A DNA stretch of 64,000 bases from a virus. Lineage: Duplodnaviria > Caudoviricetes. Position numbers and translations under genes: made by a program. Positions within the stretch are counted from its first letter, which is position 1. Each line of letters starts with the position of its first letter. The DNA is taken from positions 29,192 to 93,191 of IMG/VR virus record IMGVR_UViG_2775507097_000001; one strand, given 5' to 3'. Positions 16,808-25,744 of this stretch are shown one piece after another. The notes beneath the pieces are model-generated. The model searched no databases. It saw only the letters and a list, made by a program, of their open reading frames with translations, and was not told the DNA's origin.

Positions 16808-17538
16808 ACGCGTTGCCTGTAGCCGTACTTGGCGAGCTCCGCGGCGACCTGGTCCTTCGAGGCCTCGAGGTAGTTCACCGGCGCGGGAGCACCGCGCGAG
16901 CCCTGGCCGGGGTCCGGCTTGGGCTGCGGCTTCTTCTCGGGGGCCGGAGCAGCCGGCTCGGGCCTGGCCCAGTGCGGCTTACGCTCCAGCAGGTCCGACA
17001 GGGCCGTCTCGATGGCGTCCGTGTCGATCTCGCCGTCGGCGTCGACGTACTGGCTGGGGTCACGCATCAGCACGTCCACCGCGTCAGTCGGGTCGGCGAA
17101 CTCTCCGGCCGCCGCACGGACCTCGGCAGCCACAGCGCGCGCCGTGGCCTTCGCAGCCTGCTTCTCGGACCGTTCGGCCTTCGCCGCGAGCTTCTCCGAC
17201 TCGGTCCGGTCGCGGTCCTTGAACTCCTCAACCTGGCGGGCGAGGTCGTCGGCGCGCTTCTTCTCCGCGGCCGCGGCCTTCCGGGCTTCCGCCTTCTCGG
17301 CCTTCATACGGTCGAGCGCTTTCTTACCCGCGTTGCCGAGCTTGTCGGCGCCCTCGGGCTCCGGCTCAGGCTCGGGGTCCGCCGGATCGTCTGCAGGATC
17401 CGGGGCGGGCTCGGGGTCTGCGGGGTCGTCCGCCGGGTCCGGAGCAGGCTCGGGGTCGGACGGCTCGGGGTCGTCGTGTCGGGACAGGTTGAACCAGGCG
17501 ATCCCGGTTGCCGGGACCTTCTCAATCTCGGTGGACAT
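16804..17538 (-). CDS. Capsid scaffolding protein
   Basis: Acidic Pro/Asp repeats (DPEPAPDPADDPA twice), LG.AGKKAL..MK, coiled coil, PDPGQG; RBS GAAGGGG before ATG 17538. Confidence 0.88.
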   Translation of the reverse strand: MSTEIEKVPATGIAWFNLSRHDDPEPSDPEPAPDPADDPADPEPAPDPADDPADPEPEPEPEGADKLGNAGKKALDRMKAEKAEARKAAAAEKKRADDLARQVEEFKDRDRTESEKLAAKAERSEKQAAKATARAVAAEVRAAAGEFADPTDAVDVLMRDPSQYVDADGEIDTDAIETALSDLLERKPHWARPEPAAPAPEKKPQPKPDPGQGSRGAPAPVNYLEASKDQVAAELAKYGYRQRV

Positions 17539-17628
17539 TGCGTCCGCCCCTTCAGTTGTGGACATGCGAAAGGGGCCCCATTGCGGGACCCCCTGGTGTT
17601 GGTCGATGGTCATCCCTGCCGGAAGCGG

Positions 17629-18666
17629 CTAGGACAGATAGCCGAAGCGCTTGAGCATCCCGATCAGCTCGTCGCGATCTTCGGAGAGTCGGAGGATCTC
17701 GCTGGGCGTGAGCCGCGGCGTCTTCAGGTGGAAGCGCGGCAGTCCCTGTTCCACGTCGGCGCGGCCGCGAGCGAACCGTTGGCCCGTGCGCTGCTCCGCC
17801 TCGCGGCGCATCTGCTGGAAGAACTCCCCGCGGCGCGTCGTGCCCTCGAGCGTGGCCACGACCTTCTTGCCGTAAGCGTCCAACGTCACCGTCGACCGAC
17901 CCGCGTTGACGACCTTGTAGATGTCGGCGCCGTTCCGGATCGCCTCAGCGCCGCCGATCGTGAACCGGCGATCCTGCTCAGCGCGCGACAGGCCGTTGAA
18001 GAACGACATCGGGTTCACGTGCCGCCCAGGGCGCGCATCGGTGGCGGGAACCCCATAACAAGCGCACCTTTTGTGACGTTGAAAGTCCGCGTTCCACCGG
18101 TACCAGCGACCCGCCAGGATCGCGCACCTCGCGCAAGCTCCCGCCCGGACTTGCCGGACGTAGCCCGTCACCGAACGGTTCGCGACCATCGCCACACCAG
18201 CCGCGCCGCGGCCCGCATCCGCGACCTCCGACGCGGCAATCCGCAGCAACTGGGCCTGCCCGGCGAGCATCGCCTCCTGCAGCGTCAGGCCGCCGCCGAT
18301 CAGCGTCTTCGTGCGGATCACCGGCAGGTACAGTAGCGAGTCCAGCGTCCGGCCGTCCGCGGCGACACCCGAAAACGAGCGGGCATCCACACGCGCCGCC
18401 TGCTCCAGGTAGTCGTTGCTGAGGCCGTCCATGCGGACCATCGCCTCGATGTACGGCTGGCCCGTGGACGCCGCCACCAGCTGGCCGGCGGACACGGCCC
18501 GGACCATCGCCGCACCCAAGCCCTGCAACCAGGACCCGGACAGGTCTGCAGCGGCAAGCCGCTTCCACAGCCGTTCCATCGTGACCGTCGTCTGAATGAC
18601 GGCCCGCTGCTGAGACCGGCCGTAGGCGTCGACGATGGCCGCGTGGGCCTGCGTTGCAACGGCCAC
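17629..18666 (-). CDS. MuF-like minor capsid / head morphogenesis protein
   Basis: Follows the portal; C.RC.ILAG....F.RH..C.C motif. Confidence 0.8.
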   Translation of the reverse strand: MAVATQAHAAIVDAYGRSQQRAVIQTTVTMERLWKRLAAADLSGSWLQGLGAAMVRAVSAGQLVAASTGQPYIEAMVRMDGLSNDYLEQAARVDARSFSGVAADGRTLDSLLYLPVIRTKTLIGGGLTLQEAMLAGQAQLLRIAASEVADAGRGAAGVAMVANRSVTGYVRQVRAGACARCAILAGRWYRWNADFQRHKRCACYGVPATDARPGRHVNPMSFFNGLSRAEQDRRFTIGGAEAIRNGADIYKVVNAGRSTVTLDAYGKKVVATLEGTTRRGEFFQQMRREAEQRTGQRFARGRADVEQGLPRFHLKTPRLTPSEILRLSEDRDELIGMLKRFGYLS

Positions 18667-18667
18667 G

Positions 18668-20050
18668 TCAGCCTCCCGCAGGGGCCTCGAGCGGCTGCGG
18701 CTCCGGCTGGGCGGTGGACAGCTGGTGCAGATCCATCGCCGTCATCCGGGTCAGGGCCTCGTCCTGCATGCCCCGCATTCGGTCCCGCTGCACTGCGCTG
18801 TAGCCGAGGTCTTCCCATGCCTGCTCGGTCGGCAGGATGCCGCTGGCGTGGAGTTTCACGACGGCGTCGGCTTTCTGTGCGTAGGTCGGAGTCGCCGGGT
18901 CCCGCCACACGGTCTCGAGCTTGCCGGTCCGCGGGTCGAGTTTGCCGTCCCGGACCAGCAGGACGAGCCGCATGACGCGTTCCCACGCCTCGCCGAACGC
19001 CCGCTGACGCCGCTCCGCGCGCTTCACCAGACGAGCCTCCGACGCGCGGATCGCGTCCGCGGACGGCGGCTGATCGGTGGCCAGGCCGAGGAATGCGGGC
19101 GGCAGGCCCGTCAGGGCAGCCACCAGACGCGCAAGAACGTTGATCGTCTCGTGGAAGTTCGACAGCTGCGCCTCGGGGAACTGGCCGAACTTGACGTTGT
19201 CGCCCTCGTTCACCCACAGGCGGCCCGCCAGCGACGACATCGCACCGAGCGGCTGCCCGTTCTCGTCGGCGAAGTCGTCCCGGGACATGCCCGTCGCCCA
19301 CCGGCGCGGCATCGCGTGATACTCCGCGCTGACCATCATGTCCGAGGCGATCTTGCAGGCCGCATCCGAGATCGGAATGACGGAGCGCAGTTCAGACGTG
19401 CCGTCCAGGTGGCGCAGCCGCGGCCGGTTCGCCAGCGGGACGACAAGCACCTGGCCGAGCTTGTGCTCGTCCTGCTCAACCGCGGTCCAAGCGCCCTTCT
19501 GCTGCTCGAACGTGATCCGCTTGTTCGGCAGATACAGCGTCGCCCACTTCACCGGGGCAGCCCCCGCGGAGGGTTCATCCCACCGCTTGATCGCCGCCAT
19601 CACCTGCCGGGTACGAGGATCCCGCTCCGCGAACACCTCGAGGGCGGACTCTGCGGTGATGATCGGCGTGGCCTCGTCGTCCTCGTTCGCGCCGATGATC
19701 GCGTAAGACCGTTTCAGGGCCAGCGCATCGACGTGGGCCTGCTGGCTGCCCTCGTCCATGTCGGAGGCCTGCCACACCGACCACAGATCCTCCGCCGTGG
19801 TCTCACTGTCCGCGTACCGGAAGCCCTCGACGTCCAGCCGCTCATCCAGCGCGTCCACCACCAGTTGCGGCCAGTTGATGACCAGCTGCCGCATCCGGTC
19901 CGACAGCTCCGACTGGATCTCCGGCGCTAGATACGACAGAGGCTGCGTGCCCTCGTAGTAGCTGTCCATCAACCGCAGATTCGGCAGATCGTTGTCGTGC
20001 GCCGCAATCAGCCGCTTCAGCCAGGCATCCGGCTCGAGGTCGAGGGCCAC
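18668..20050 (-). CDS. Portal protein (SPP1 gp6-like)
   Basis: YYEG.Q, NW..LVVD...ERL, PSADAIRA.E..L motifs; follows terL. Confidence 0.95.
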   Translation of the reverse strand: MALDLEPDAWLKRLIAAHDNDLPNLRLMDSYYEGTQPLSYLAPEIQSELSDRMRQLVINWPQLVVDALDERLDVEGFRYADSETTAEDLWSVWQASDMDEGSQQAHVDALALKRSYAIIGANEDDEATPIITAESALEVFAERDPRTRQVMAAIKRWDEPSAGAAPVKWATLYLPNKRITFEQQKGAWTAVEQDEHKLGQVLVVPLANRPRLRHLDGTSELRSVIPISDAACKIASDMMVSAEYHAMPRRWATGMSRDDFADENGQPLGAMSSLAGRLWVNEGDNVKFGQFPEAQLSNFHETINVLARLVAALTGLPPAFLGLATDQPPSADAIRASEARLVKRAERRQRAFGEAWERVMRLVLLVRDGKLDPRTGKLETVWRDPATPTYAQKADAVVKLHASGILPTEQAWEDLGYSAVQRDRMRGMQDEALTRMTAMDLHQLSTAQPEPQPLEAPAGG

Positions 20051-20068
20051 AGGTCACCCCCGTCATCG

Positions 20069-21688
20069 TCATCGCATCACAGTCGTCTTCCGGGAGCGCG
20101 GCGGCTCGTTGCCGCCCGCCTTGATTGCGTCCCGTCGGGCTTCCCAGGACAGGCAGCCCGCCATGGAAAGGTCGATCTTCCGAGGGGAGTCGTGGCGGTC
20201 CTTCTGGATCACCCACATCGGCTTGCCCTCGTCGTCCTTCACTCCGGCGTTCCGCTTCACCGCATGGGCGATGTGCCGGGCGAAGGCGTCGCTGCCGTCG
20301 TGCGACAGCTCGCCGCCCGTCATTGCCGTCTTGTACGCGCGCAGGGCGAACGCCATCTGGCGGCGCCGGTGCGTCCACCACTCGGTGACGACCTTCGGGC
20401 CGTACTTGCCGGCCCAGCCCGCGATCGTCTCCTCCCAGTAGGCCGGGTCCGCGTAGACGCGCACGACCCGCCACGTTTGCATGGCCTCGTCCAGTACGGC
20501 GTTCACCTCGGCCTCGGGGACTTCCCACGATTCGGCCTCCTGCTTGTTCGCAGGCGACTCCCACACCCCGAGCACCCACTGGTGGCCCGTCTCGATGTGG
20601 GTCGCGATGAAGCCTGTCGAGTCGCTCCACTTCGACCCGTCGAAGCCGATCGCGATCGCTTCCTTCGCCGGGACGATGAAGTGCGAGTCCGCCAACTCCC
20701 GCCAGCGCCCCGGGTCGAACGCCTTCGCTGAGGCGGTTCCGGGCTGGTTCAGGAAGTACCTGCGGGCGTCCGCCGGATCGGTGTCCGGCTCCCGCATATC
20801 GCTGGCAATCCGCTCGAGATCCATCCACTTCGCTGCGTCGCCGTACACGAACTCCAGAGCGGGCAGCAGCTGGTCGTCGTCGTGCAGGTCCTCGACATGC
20901 GGGGCTTCGCGGTGGTCAAAGAGCAGACCGCCGTCACGTACCCGGCCCGAGGCGACCGCCTTGTGGTACTCGTGCGTCGCCTCCGCCACCGAACTCTCGC
21001 CGACCGCATACATCGTCGACGTCTCCAGTGACCACGGCTCGGCAGCACGGCGCTTCACCAGGTTGCGGCGCACCGTCTTGTGCATGGCCTTCAGCTCGGG
21101 CAGGACGTACAGGTGCGTCTCGTCGAAGACGCTGAACGTCTCCTTGCCGCCATCCTTCGCGGCGCCGGACGACGTCGACGGGACGATCTCGCCGCCGCCC
21201 TCGATGAAGATGCGGCTCGACGTCTGCGCCGAACGCCCCAGGTCGATTCCCGGGAACTCGTCGCCGGCGTATTCGACGAGGTGCTCGAGCATCGCCGTGA
21301 CGTTGTCGTAGGTGTTGCCGGACTGGTTCTCCTCCGTCGCCAGGCAGCGAATGAAGGGGTACACCTGCGCGCGGCCCACCGGATCACCGGCAGCGTCCCA
21401 GCCGTCGAACCTGCACGGCCCCAGCGCCTCGAAGCACACCAGCGCGCCGGCGAGCTCGCTCTTCGCCCTGCCCTTCGGCCGGGACAGGAACGCGCGGTTG
21501 ACCTTCCGGCGGCCCGTCACCGGGTCGAGCTGGTAGGCCTTGACGATGAACGCGGCCATCTCGTCGTCGATGAGCAGAGGCTCGCCCTGCACGTCGCCGG
21601 GACCGTGGCACAGGTAGTGCTCGATCCAGTCGATGGCCTCGAAGCCGAGGGAGACGAAGCGGTCCGGGTCAGCTATCCGCCTGGCCAT
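20069..21688 (-). CDS. terL: Terminase large subunit
   Basis: RPKGRAKS Walker A, VFDETH Walker B, GFDGS...DST nuclease motif, KID. Confidence 0.97.
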   Translation of the reverse strand: MARRIADPDRFVSLGFEAIDWIEHYLCHGPGDVQGEPLLIDDEMAAFIVKAYQLDPVTGRRKVNRAFLSRPKGRAKSELAGALVCFEALGPCRFDGWDAAGDPVGRAQVYPFIRCLATEENQSGNTYDNVTAMLEHLVEYAGDEFPGIDLGRSAQTSSRIFIEGGGEIVPSTSSGAAKDGGKETFSVFDETHLYVLPELKAMHKTVRRNLVKRRAAEPWSLETSTMYAVGESSVAEATHEYHKAVASGRVRDGGLLFDHREAPHVEDLHDDDQLLPALEFVYGDAAKWMDLERIASDMREPDTDPADARRYFLNQPGTASAKAFDPGRWRELADSHFIVPAKEAIAIGFDGSKWSDSTGFIATHIETGHQWVLGVWESPANKQEAESWEVPEAEVNAVLDEAMQTWRVVRVYADPAYWEETIAGWAGKYGPKVVTEWWTHRRRQMAFALRAYKTAMTGGELSHDGSDAFARHIAHAVKRNAGVKDDEGKPMWVIQKDRHDSPRKIDLSMAGCLSWEARRDAIKAGGNEPPRSRKTTVMR

Positions 21689-22124
21689 CGACGACCTTCA
21701 GGACGCGGTCCCTGCGTGAGGTTCCACCGCGGGGGCTTGCCGAGCGCCGGGCCACAGGCTCGATGTCCGGCTCGGCTACGGTCCAGCGCAGCCGCACCCG
21801 GTCCGCTGCCGTGCCGCCGAGGGACGCCTCGTTCAGCCGGATCTCCGCCAGCAGATCTTTCCTCGGCTCGCCCCAGTACTCCTGCACGAGTTCGGCGAGC
21901 ATGTGCAGCCGCTGCCAGTCCGTCGGCAGGAACGTCGCAGCTTGCGGGCTGCTGCGCCACGTCTCGTACCAGGCCAGCGTGCGGCTGTCGTAGTCGTGTC
22001 CGCCGGGCAGTTCCGGCGTGGGTCCATCCGGTCCGTTCGCCGGGAGGACTGTCGTCGTGACCGCGTCGGCGTTGCGCCGGCGCCGCTGAGACGCATCCTT
22101 CGGCAGGGGTCCGTTTCCAGGCAT
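21669..22124 (-). CDS. terS: Terminase small subunit
   Basis: G.GP.PK....RRRRN, W..W..SPQA, EIR..EA..G.T..DR.RLR; overlaps the terL start. Confidence 0.88.
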   Translation of the reverse strand: MPGNGPLPKDASQRRRRNADAVTTTVLPANGPDGPTPELPGGHDYDSRTLAWYETWRSSPQAATFLPTDWQRLHMLAELVQEYWGEPRKDLLAEIRLNEASLGGTAADRVRLRWTVAEPDIEPVARRSASPRGGTSRRDRVLKVVDGQADS

Positions 22125-22324
22125 TGTGATCACCTCTGTTGGTGCCGTTGCGGCATCAGACCGACGGCCATTGCGGCGCGCCGGTAGCTACACAGGGTTA
22201 CGCGATGAAGATCGATTTCCGGGGCCCAAAATCCTGTGACCCGTATGGGACCCGATAGCCCTCCCCGTAGGTCCAGATTCCATGATCCAATGACCCTTTG
22301 GCCCCTGGGTCTTGCCCGCCGAGG

Positions 22325-22882
22325 TTACGCAGCGTGATCCTGCTTGGCGCTGTTGCAACCCAGGCAGCAGGTGCGGACGTTGGCCAGGGTGTGGTCGCCG
22401 CCCTTCGATAGCGGCGCCACGTGGTCGACGGTCGGGCTCATCACGTCGAACGGTGAGGCGTCCGGGTCGGTCGGCCGCTCGCACCGGTAGCAGACCCAGC
22501 CGTCACGCTCGAAGACCTGGAGCCGGTCGAACCGATGGATGACCGTCGCGCCGGCAAGCTGTGCTCGCTTCACCGCGTCGGTGCTCCAGTCGTAGCTGCC
22601 TGTGTGTGCGGCTGCTGGTCCGAACTGCACGATGCGGCGGCAGGCTATGGAGCAGGTGGGCCTGCGGTCTGCCTTGTGTGGGCGTCGTATCGGGGTACCG
22701 CAGGCGGTGCACGAGGTGGGGATAGCGGCGTGCCTGTTGGGCTGGTGCTTGCGGTTGTAGTGGGTGGAGCACAGGCCGAGAGCGCGGTACTTGTTCGGGC
22801 ATCCAGGTTCGGTACAGGTCTTGGTGCGTGAGGGGGTGAGCGTTGGCATGTCGGTCTCCGGGTATGGCGAAGCCCCCGACAC
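22325..22882 (-). CDS. HNH endonuclease (free-standing type with Zn fingers)
   Basis: ERDGWVCY.C, TVDHV.PLSKGG.H...N....C..CN..K. Confidence 0.92.
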   Translation of the reverse strand: MSGASPYPETDMPTLTPSRTKTCTEPGCPNKYRALGLCSTHYNRKHQPNRHAAIPTSCTACGTPIRRPHKADRRPTCSIACRRIVQFGPAAAHTGSYDWSTDAVKRAQLAGATVIHRFDRLQVFERDGWVCYRCERPTDPDASPFDVMSPTVDHVAPLSKGGDHTLANVRTCCLGCNSAKQDHAA

Positions 22883-22939
22883 CCGGATGGGTCGGGGGCT
22901 TCTGCTCGCCGGGATCAGTGGCGAGTGCTGGTGGGTTGG

Positions 22940-23335
22940 TCAGTGCAGGCCGAAGGTTCCGGGCTGCTCTCGTGCGGTGCTGCTGGCGTGGCAGAGGCCG
23001 CAGAGTCCGCGCCCGCGCTTGGGATCGTTGTGGTCGAGCCCTCGTTCGATGAGGTCGCGCTTACTCAGTGGCCAGTGGTCTGCGTGTTCACTGGGTCTGG
23101 CGCATGCGGAGTCTGGGTCGCTGCACTGGGGGCAGCCGGGGCAGACGCAGATGGGATCGCGGGCCAGGACTGCCGGCCGGAAGCGGGTCTCGTGTTCTCG
23201 TCCGTATCCGCGCTGTCTCGCTGTGCCGCGCCGTTGTTCCGCCTCACGGCGGTGGTCGTCGCACTTCCCACCGCGATCGCTGAACTCGGGGCAGCCGGGT
23301 ACGGAGCAGACGCGCCAGCCGGTTCGTCGTGGCAT
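22940..23335 (-). CDS. Packaging-associated HNH endonuclease
   Basis: QRGYG..H, VL.RDP.C, ADHWP, GRGLC..CH motifs; position upstream of terS. Confidence 0.82.
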   Translation of the reverse strand: MPRRTGWRVCSVPGCPEFSDRGGKCDDHRREAEQRRGTARQRGYGREHETRFRPAVLARDPICVCPGCPQCSDPDSACARPSEHADHWPLSKRDLIERGLDHNDPKRGRGLCGLCHASSTAREQPGTFGLH

Positions 23336-23348
23336 GGCGGCCTCCCGT

Positions 23349-23534
23349 TCAGCTTCGGGGGGCCAGACGGCGGACAGCGGCCTTGGCGAGTTCCCACGTG
23401 AAGGGGATGTCGAGTGTTCGCGCCTTGCTGAGCTTCAAGACCGGATGCAGCGAGAGCTTGCCGTCCGTGCTCTGCACCCAGCAGTAGGACTTGCCGAAGA
23501 GGACGGTCTCACCCGTGCGCCAAGGGGATTCCAT
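23349..23534 (-). CDS. Hypothetical protein
   Basis: MESPWRTG...; RBS GGAGG. Confidence 0.55.
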   Translation of the reverse strand: MESPWRTGETVLFGKSYCWVQSTDGKLSLHPVLKLSKARTLDIPFTWELAKAAVRRLAPRS

Positions 23535-23548
23535 GCGGCGCCTCCGCT

Positions 23549-23848
23549 TCAGGTGATGCCGAGGTAGCCGGACAGCCGGACGATGTTCTCGGATCCGGGC
23601 GGGTCGAAGGACACGTAGACGCGGTAGTCGCCTGCGGCCAGCGTGAGCGCCCCGCCGTCGGGTCCGATGAGGAGTCGGGCCTCGGTGCCGTTGGCCCACG
23701 TCCCGGTCTGCCAGTCGCTGGTCACCGGGTTGTCCCGGTTGGAGACGGGGAGGAAGGCGAGCTTGGGTGGGGTGCCGGTGATGTCGACTCCGGCTGGTGC
23801 GGTGACGGGGACGTGGACGTACTCGGTCGAGGTGGCGGGGATCAGCAC
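23549..23848 (-). CDS. Putative virion protein (BppU-N-like beta domain)
   Basis: GTG start VLIPATSTEY..., ARLLIGP.GG..L..GDY.VYV; coupled to the upstream gene. Confidence 0.7.
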   Translation of the reverse strand: MLIPATSTEYVHVPVTAPAGVDITGTPPKLAFLPVSNRDNPVTSDWQTGTWANGTEARLLIGPDGGALTLAAGDYRVYVSFDPPGSENIVRLSGYLGIT

Positions 23849-25104
23849 GGTGCGCCTACCTCCAAGTCGTCGGCTTGGGGTGCCTGCACGGTCCAGGTGG
23901 GCACGTATGGCTGGCCTGCTGCCCACGGGCTGTAGGGGGCGCCGACAGTGACGTTGATGTCGTCGTGGGTGCCGAGTGTTGTCCCGCTGGCTGTGAGCGT
24001 CGCCGTGGCGGCGAGCGCGGCTTGGCCGGCTGCCGCCGTGCTTCCTGCTGCGGTGAGAGTTGCCGCGGCGTTCAGGGCGGCGCCTGCGATCGTTGCTCGG
24101 GTGCCCGCCGCTGTGAGGGTGCCTGTGGCGCTCAGTGTGGCGTCTCCGAGTGTGGGCGCCGTGCCGGTGATTCCGCTGGCCGTCAGTGTGGCCGTGGCCG
24201 TGAGGGCGGCGGCGGCGTTGTATGCGGCCTGTCCTTGGGCGGTCAGTGCGGCGGTTGCAGCGAGTGCGGTGAGTCCTGGGTGGTCCACTAGTCCGGCGGC
24301 TGTCAGGTTCGTGGTCGCCGTGAGGGCTGCGTTGCTGCTGGTGGCTAGCGTTCCGCTGGCGGTCAGGGTCGCCGTTGTGGCGAAGGTCGCCGTTCCGGCT
24401 GTGGCGCGGATGCCGTCTGCTGTCAGGCCGGCTGTGGTTGTCAGCGCCGTATCGCCCGTAGTGGCGCGGAGGCCGGATGTGGACAGGGTTGCTGTTGCGG
24501 CGAGGGCGGAGGATCCTGCTGTTGCCCGTAGGCCGGTGGCGGACAGTGTGGCTGTACCCGGGAAGGCCGCGTCGCCTGTGGTGCCGGTGGTGACGTCTGC
24601 CGCGGTGAAGTCGTCGAAGCGGAGCAGGTTGGTGGATTCGGCTCGGAGGCCGACGCTGGTGCCGGTGGTGACGGCGGTGTCGGTGACGGAGACGCGCTGG
24701 ACGCCGTTGACGAATCCTTTGATCGTCGAGCCGACGGCCTGCACTTTCGCGATGTCGCCTGCGACGGCTGCCCCGGCAAAGGAGCCGATCGACGTGAACG
24801 AGCCGCCTACGACGGAGAAAAGGTTCCAGCTCGTGCCGTCGTTGCGCCACAGGTAGCCCTGGCTGATGTTGCTGTTGCCGCGGCACCACACGCCGTGGCT
24901 GACGGCTGCGGTGGCGGCGATGGTGACCTGGGCTGAGTGGTCGTTGGTGGCCATCGTTCCGGCAGCACGGAGGATGATCGTGCCGCCCGCTGAGCCGGAG
25001 CTGAGCTGGTTGGAGATGATCGACCAGTCGCCGCTTACCTCGACCCAGTTGGCGCCGAGGTTCGTGCTGTCAGCGCGGTTGAAGTCGTCGGTGATGGTCG
25101 TCAT
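23842..25104 (-). CDS. Putative fibre / surface virion protein with lectin-like N-terminus and Ala/Thr repeats
   Basis: DDFNRAD...LG..W N-terminal domain ending FDDF, followed by about 9-10 repeats of A.L.ATATL.A.G. Confidence 0.7.
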   Translation of the reverse strand: MTTITDDFNRADSTNLGANWVEVSGDWSIISNQLSSGSAGGTIILRAAGTMATNDHSAQVTIAATAAVSHGVWCRGNSNISQGYLWRNDGTSWNLFSVVGGSFTSIGSFAGAAVAGDIAKVQAVGSTIKGFVNGVQRVSVTDTAVTTGTSVGLRAESTNLLRFDDFTAADVTTGTTGDAAFPGTATLSATGLRATAGSSALAATATLSTSGLRATTGDTALTTTAGLTADGIRATAGTATFATTATLTASGTLATSSNAALTATTNLTAAGLVDHPGLTALAATAALTAQGQAAYNAAAALTATATLTASGITGTAPTLGDATLSATGTLTAAGTRATIAGAALNAAATLTAAGSTAAAGQAALAATATLTASGTTLGTHDDINVTVGAPYSPWAAGQPYVPTWTVQAPQADDLEVGAPC

Positions 25105-25142
25105 GGCGACGTCTCCGATCAGCCGCTACGCCGCCTCAAGGG

Positions 25143-25541
25143 TCAGGAGGCTTGCGCCCCGAGGCTTACACCCAAAGATTGCAATGTGAATGTGTCGCCC
25201 GACGCCCACGCCTTGCTGGCCGTCAGTGCCACCGAGAACAGGAACGTGCCGCCGCTGCTCGCGGTCCATACGGAGATGTCGGTGATGGTCTCCGAGGTGC
25301 CGCCGTTGGTCCAGGCCGGGTTCGTGCCGGTGAGGGCGAGTGCGGAGCCGGCGGACGATGCGGCATGCGTGAAGATCACGCGCGTGTTCGATCCGGCGCT
25401 GATCGCGGTGGTTCCGGCGGCGCCGGGGTTGGCGGTGTGGAGCTGCGCGTACTGGGCGGCGACGGGCCCGAAGGCGGCGCCCGCCGCCCTGAGCGTGTTG
25501 AGCCAGTTGGAGACCAGCGTGGTGGACAGTCCTTCAGCCAT
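25143..25541 (-). CDS. Putative tail-fibre-associated virion protein
   Basis: QLHTA.PG.AGT, W.A.SGGTFL, GDTF motifs. Confidence 0.7.
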   Translation of the reverse strand: MAEGLSTTLVSNWLNTLRAAGAAFGPVAAQYAQLHTANPGAAGTTAISAGSNTRVIFTHAASSAGSALALTGTNPAWTNGGTSETITDISVWTASSGGTFLFSVALTASKAWASGDTFTLQSLGVSLGAQAS

Positions 25542-25665
25542 CGGTGGGCTCCTCTTCGTCGTTGAGAGGCGCGGCCTCGTCGGTGTCTGCTGGTGTCGGG
25601 TGGGGGGCGGGGGTGACTTCGCCGGAGGCTTCGATGGTCAGGGCGAACGTGTGCTCGTCGGCCAC
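25534..25665 (-). CDS. Small acidic hypothetical protein
   Basis: GTG start with RBS GAAGGAG; stop overlaps the next gene. Confidence 0.55.
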   Translation of the reverse strand: MADEHTFALTIEASGEVTPAPHPTPADTDEAAPLNDEEEPTDG

Positions 25666-25744
25666 GGCGTCTCCTTCGATGGGGCGGGTCACGATCTGGT
25701 TCTTGCCGTGTACGCCGTGTGTGCGGGCTGTCATCATTCGCGGC

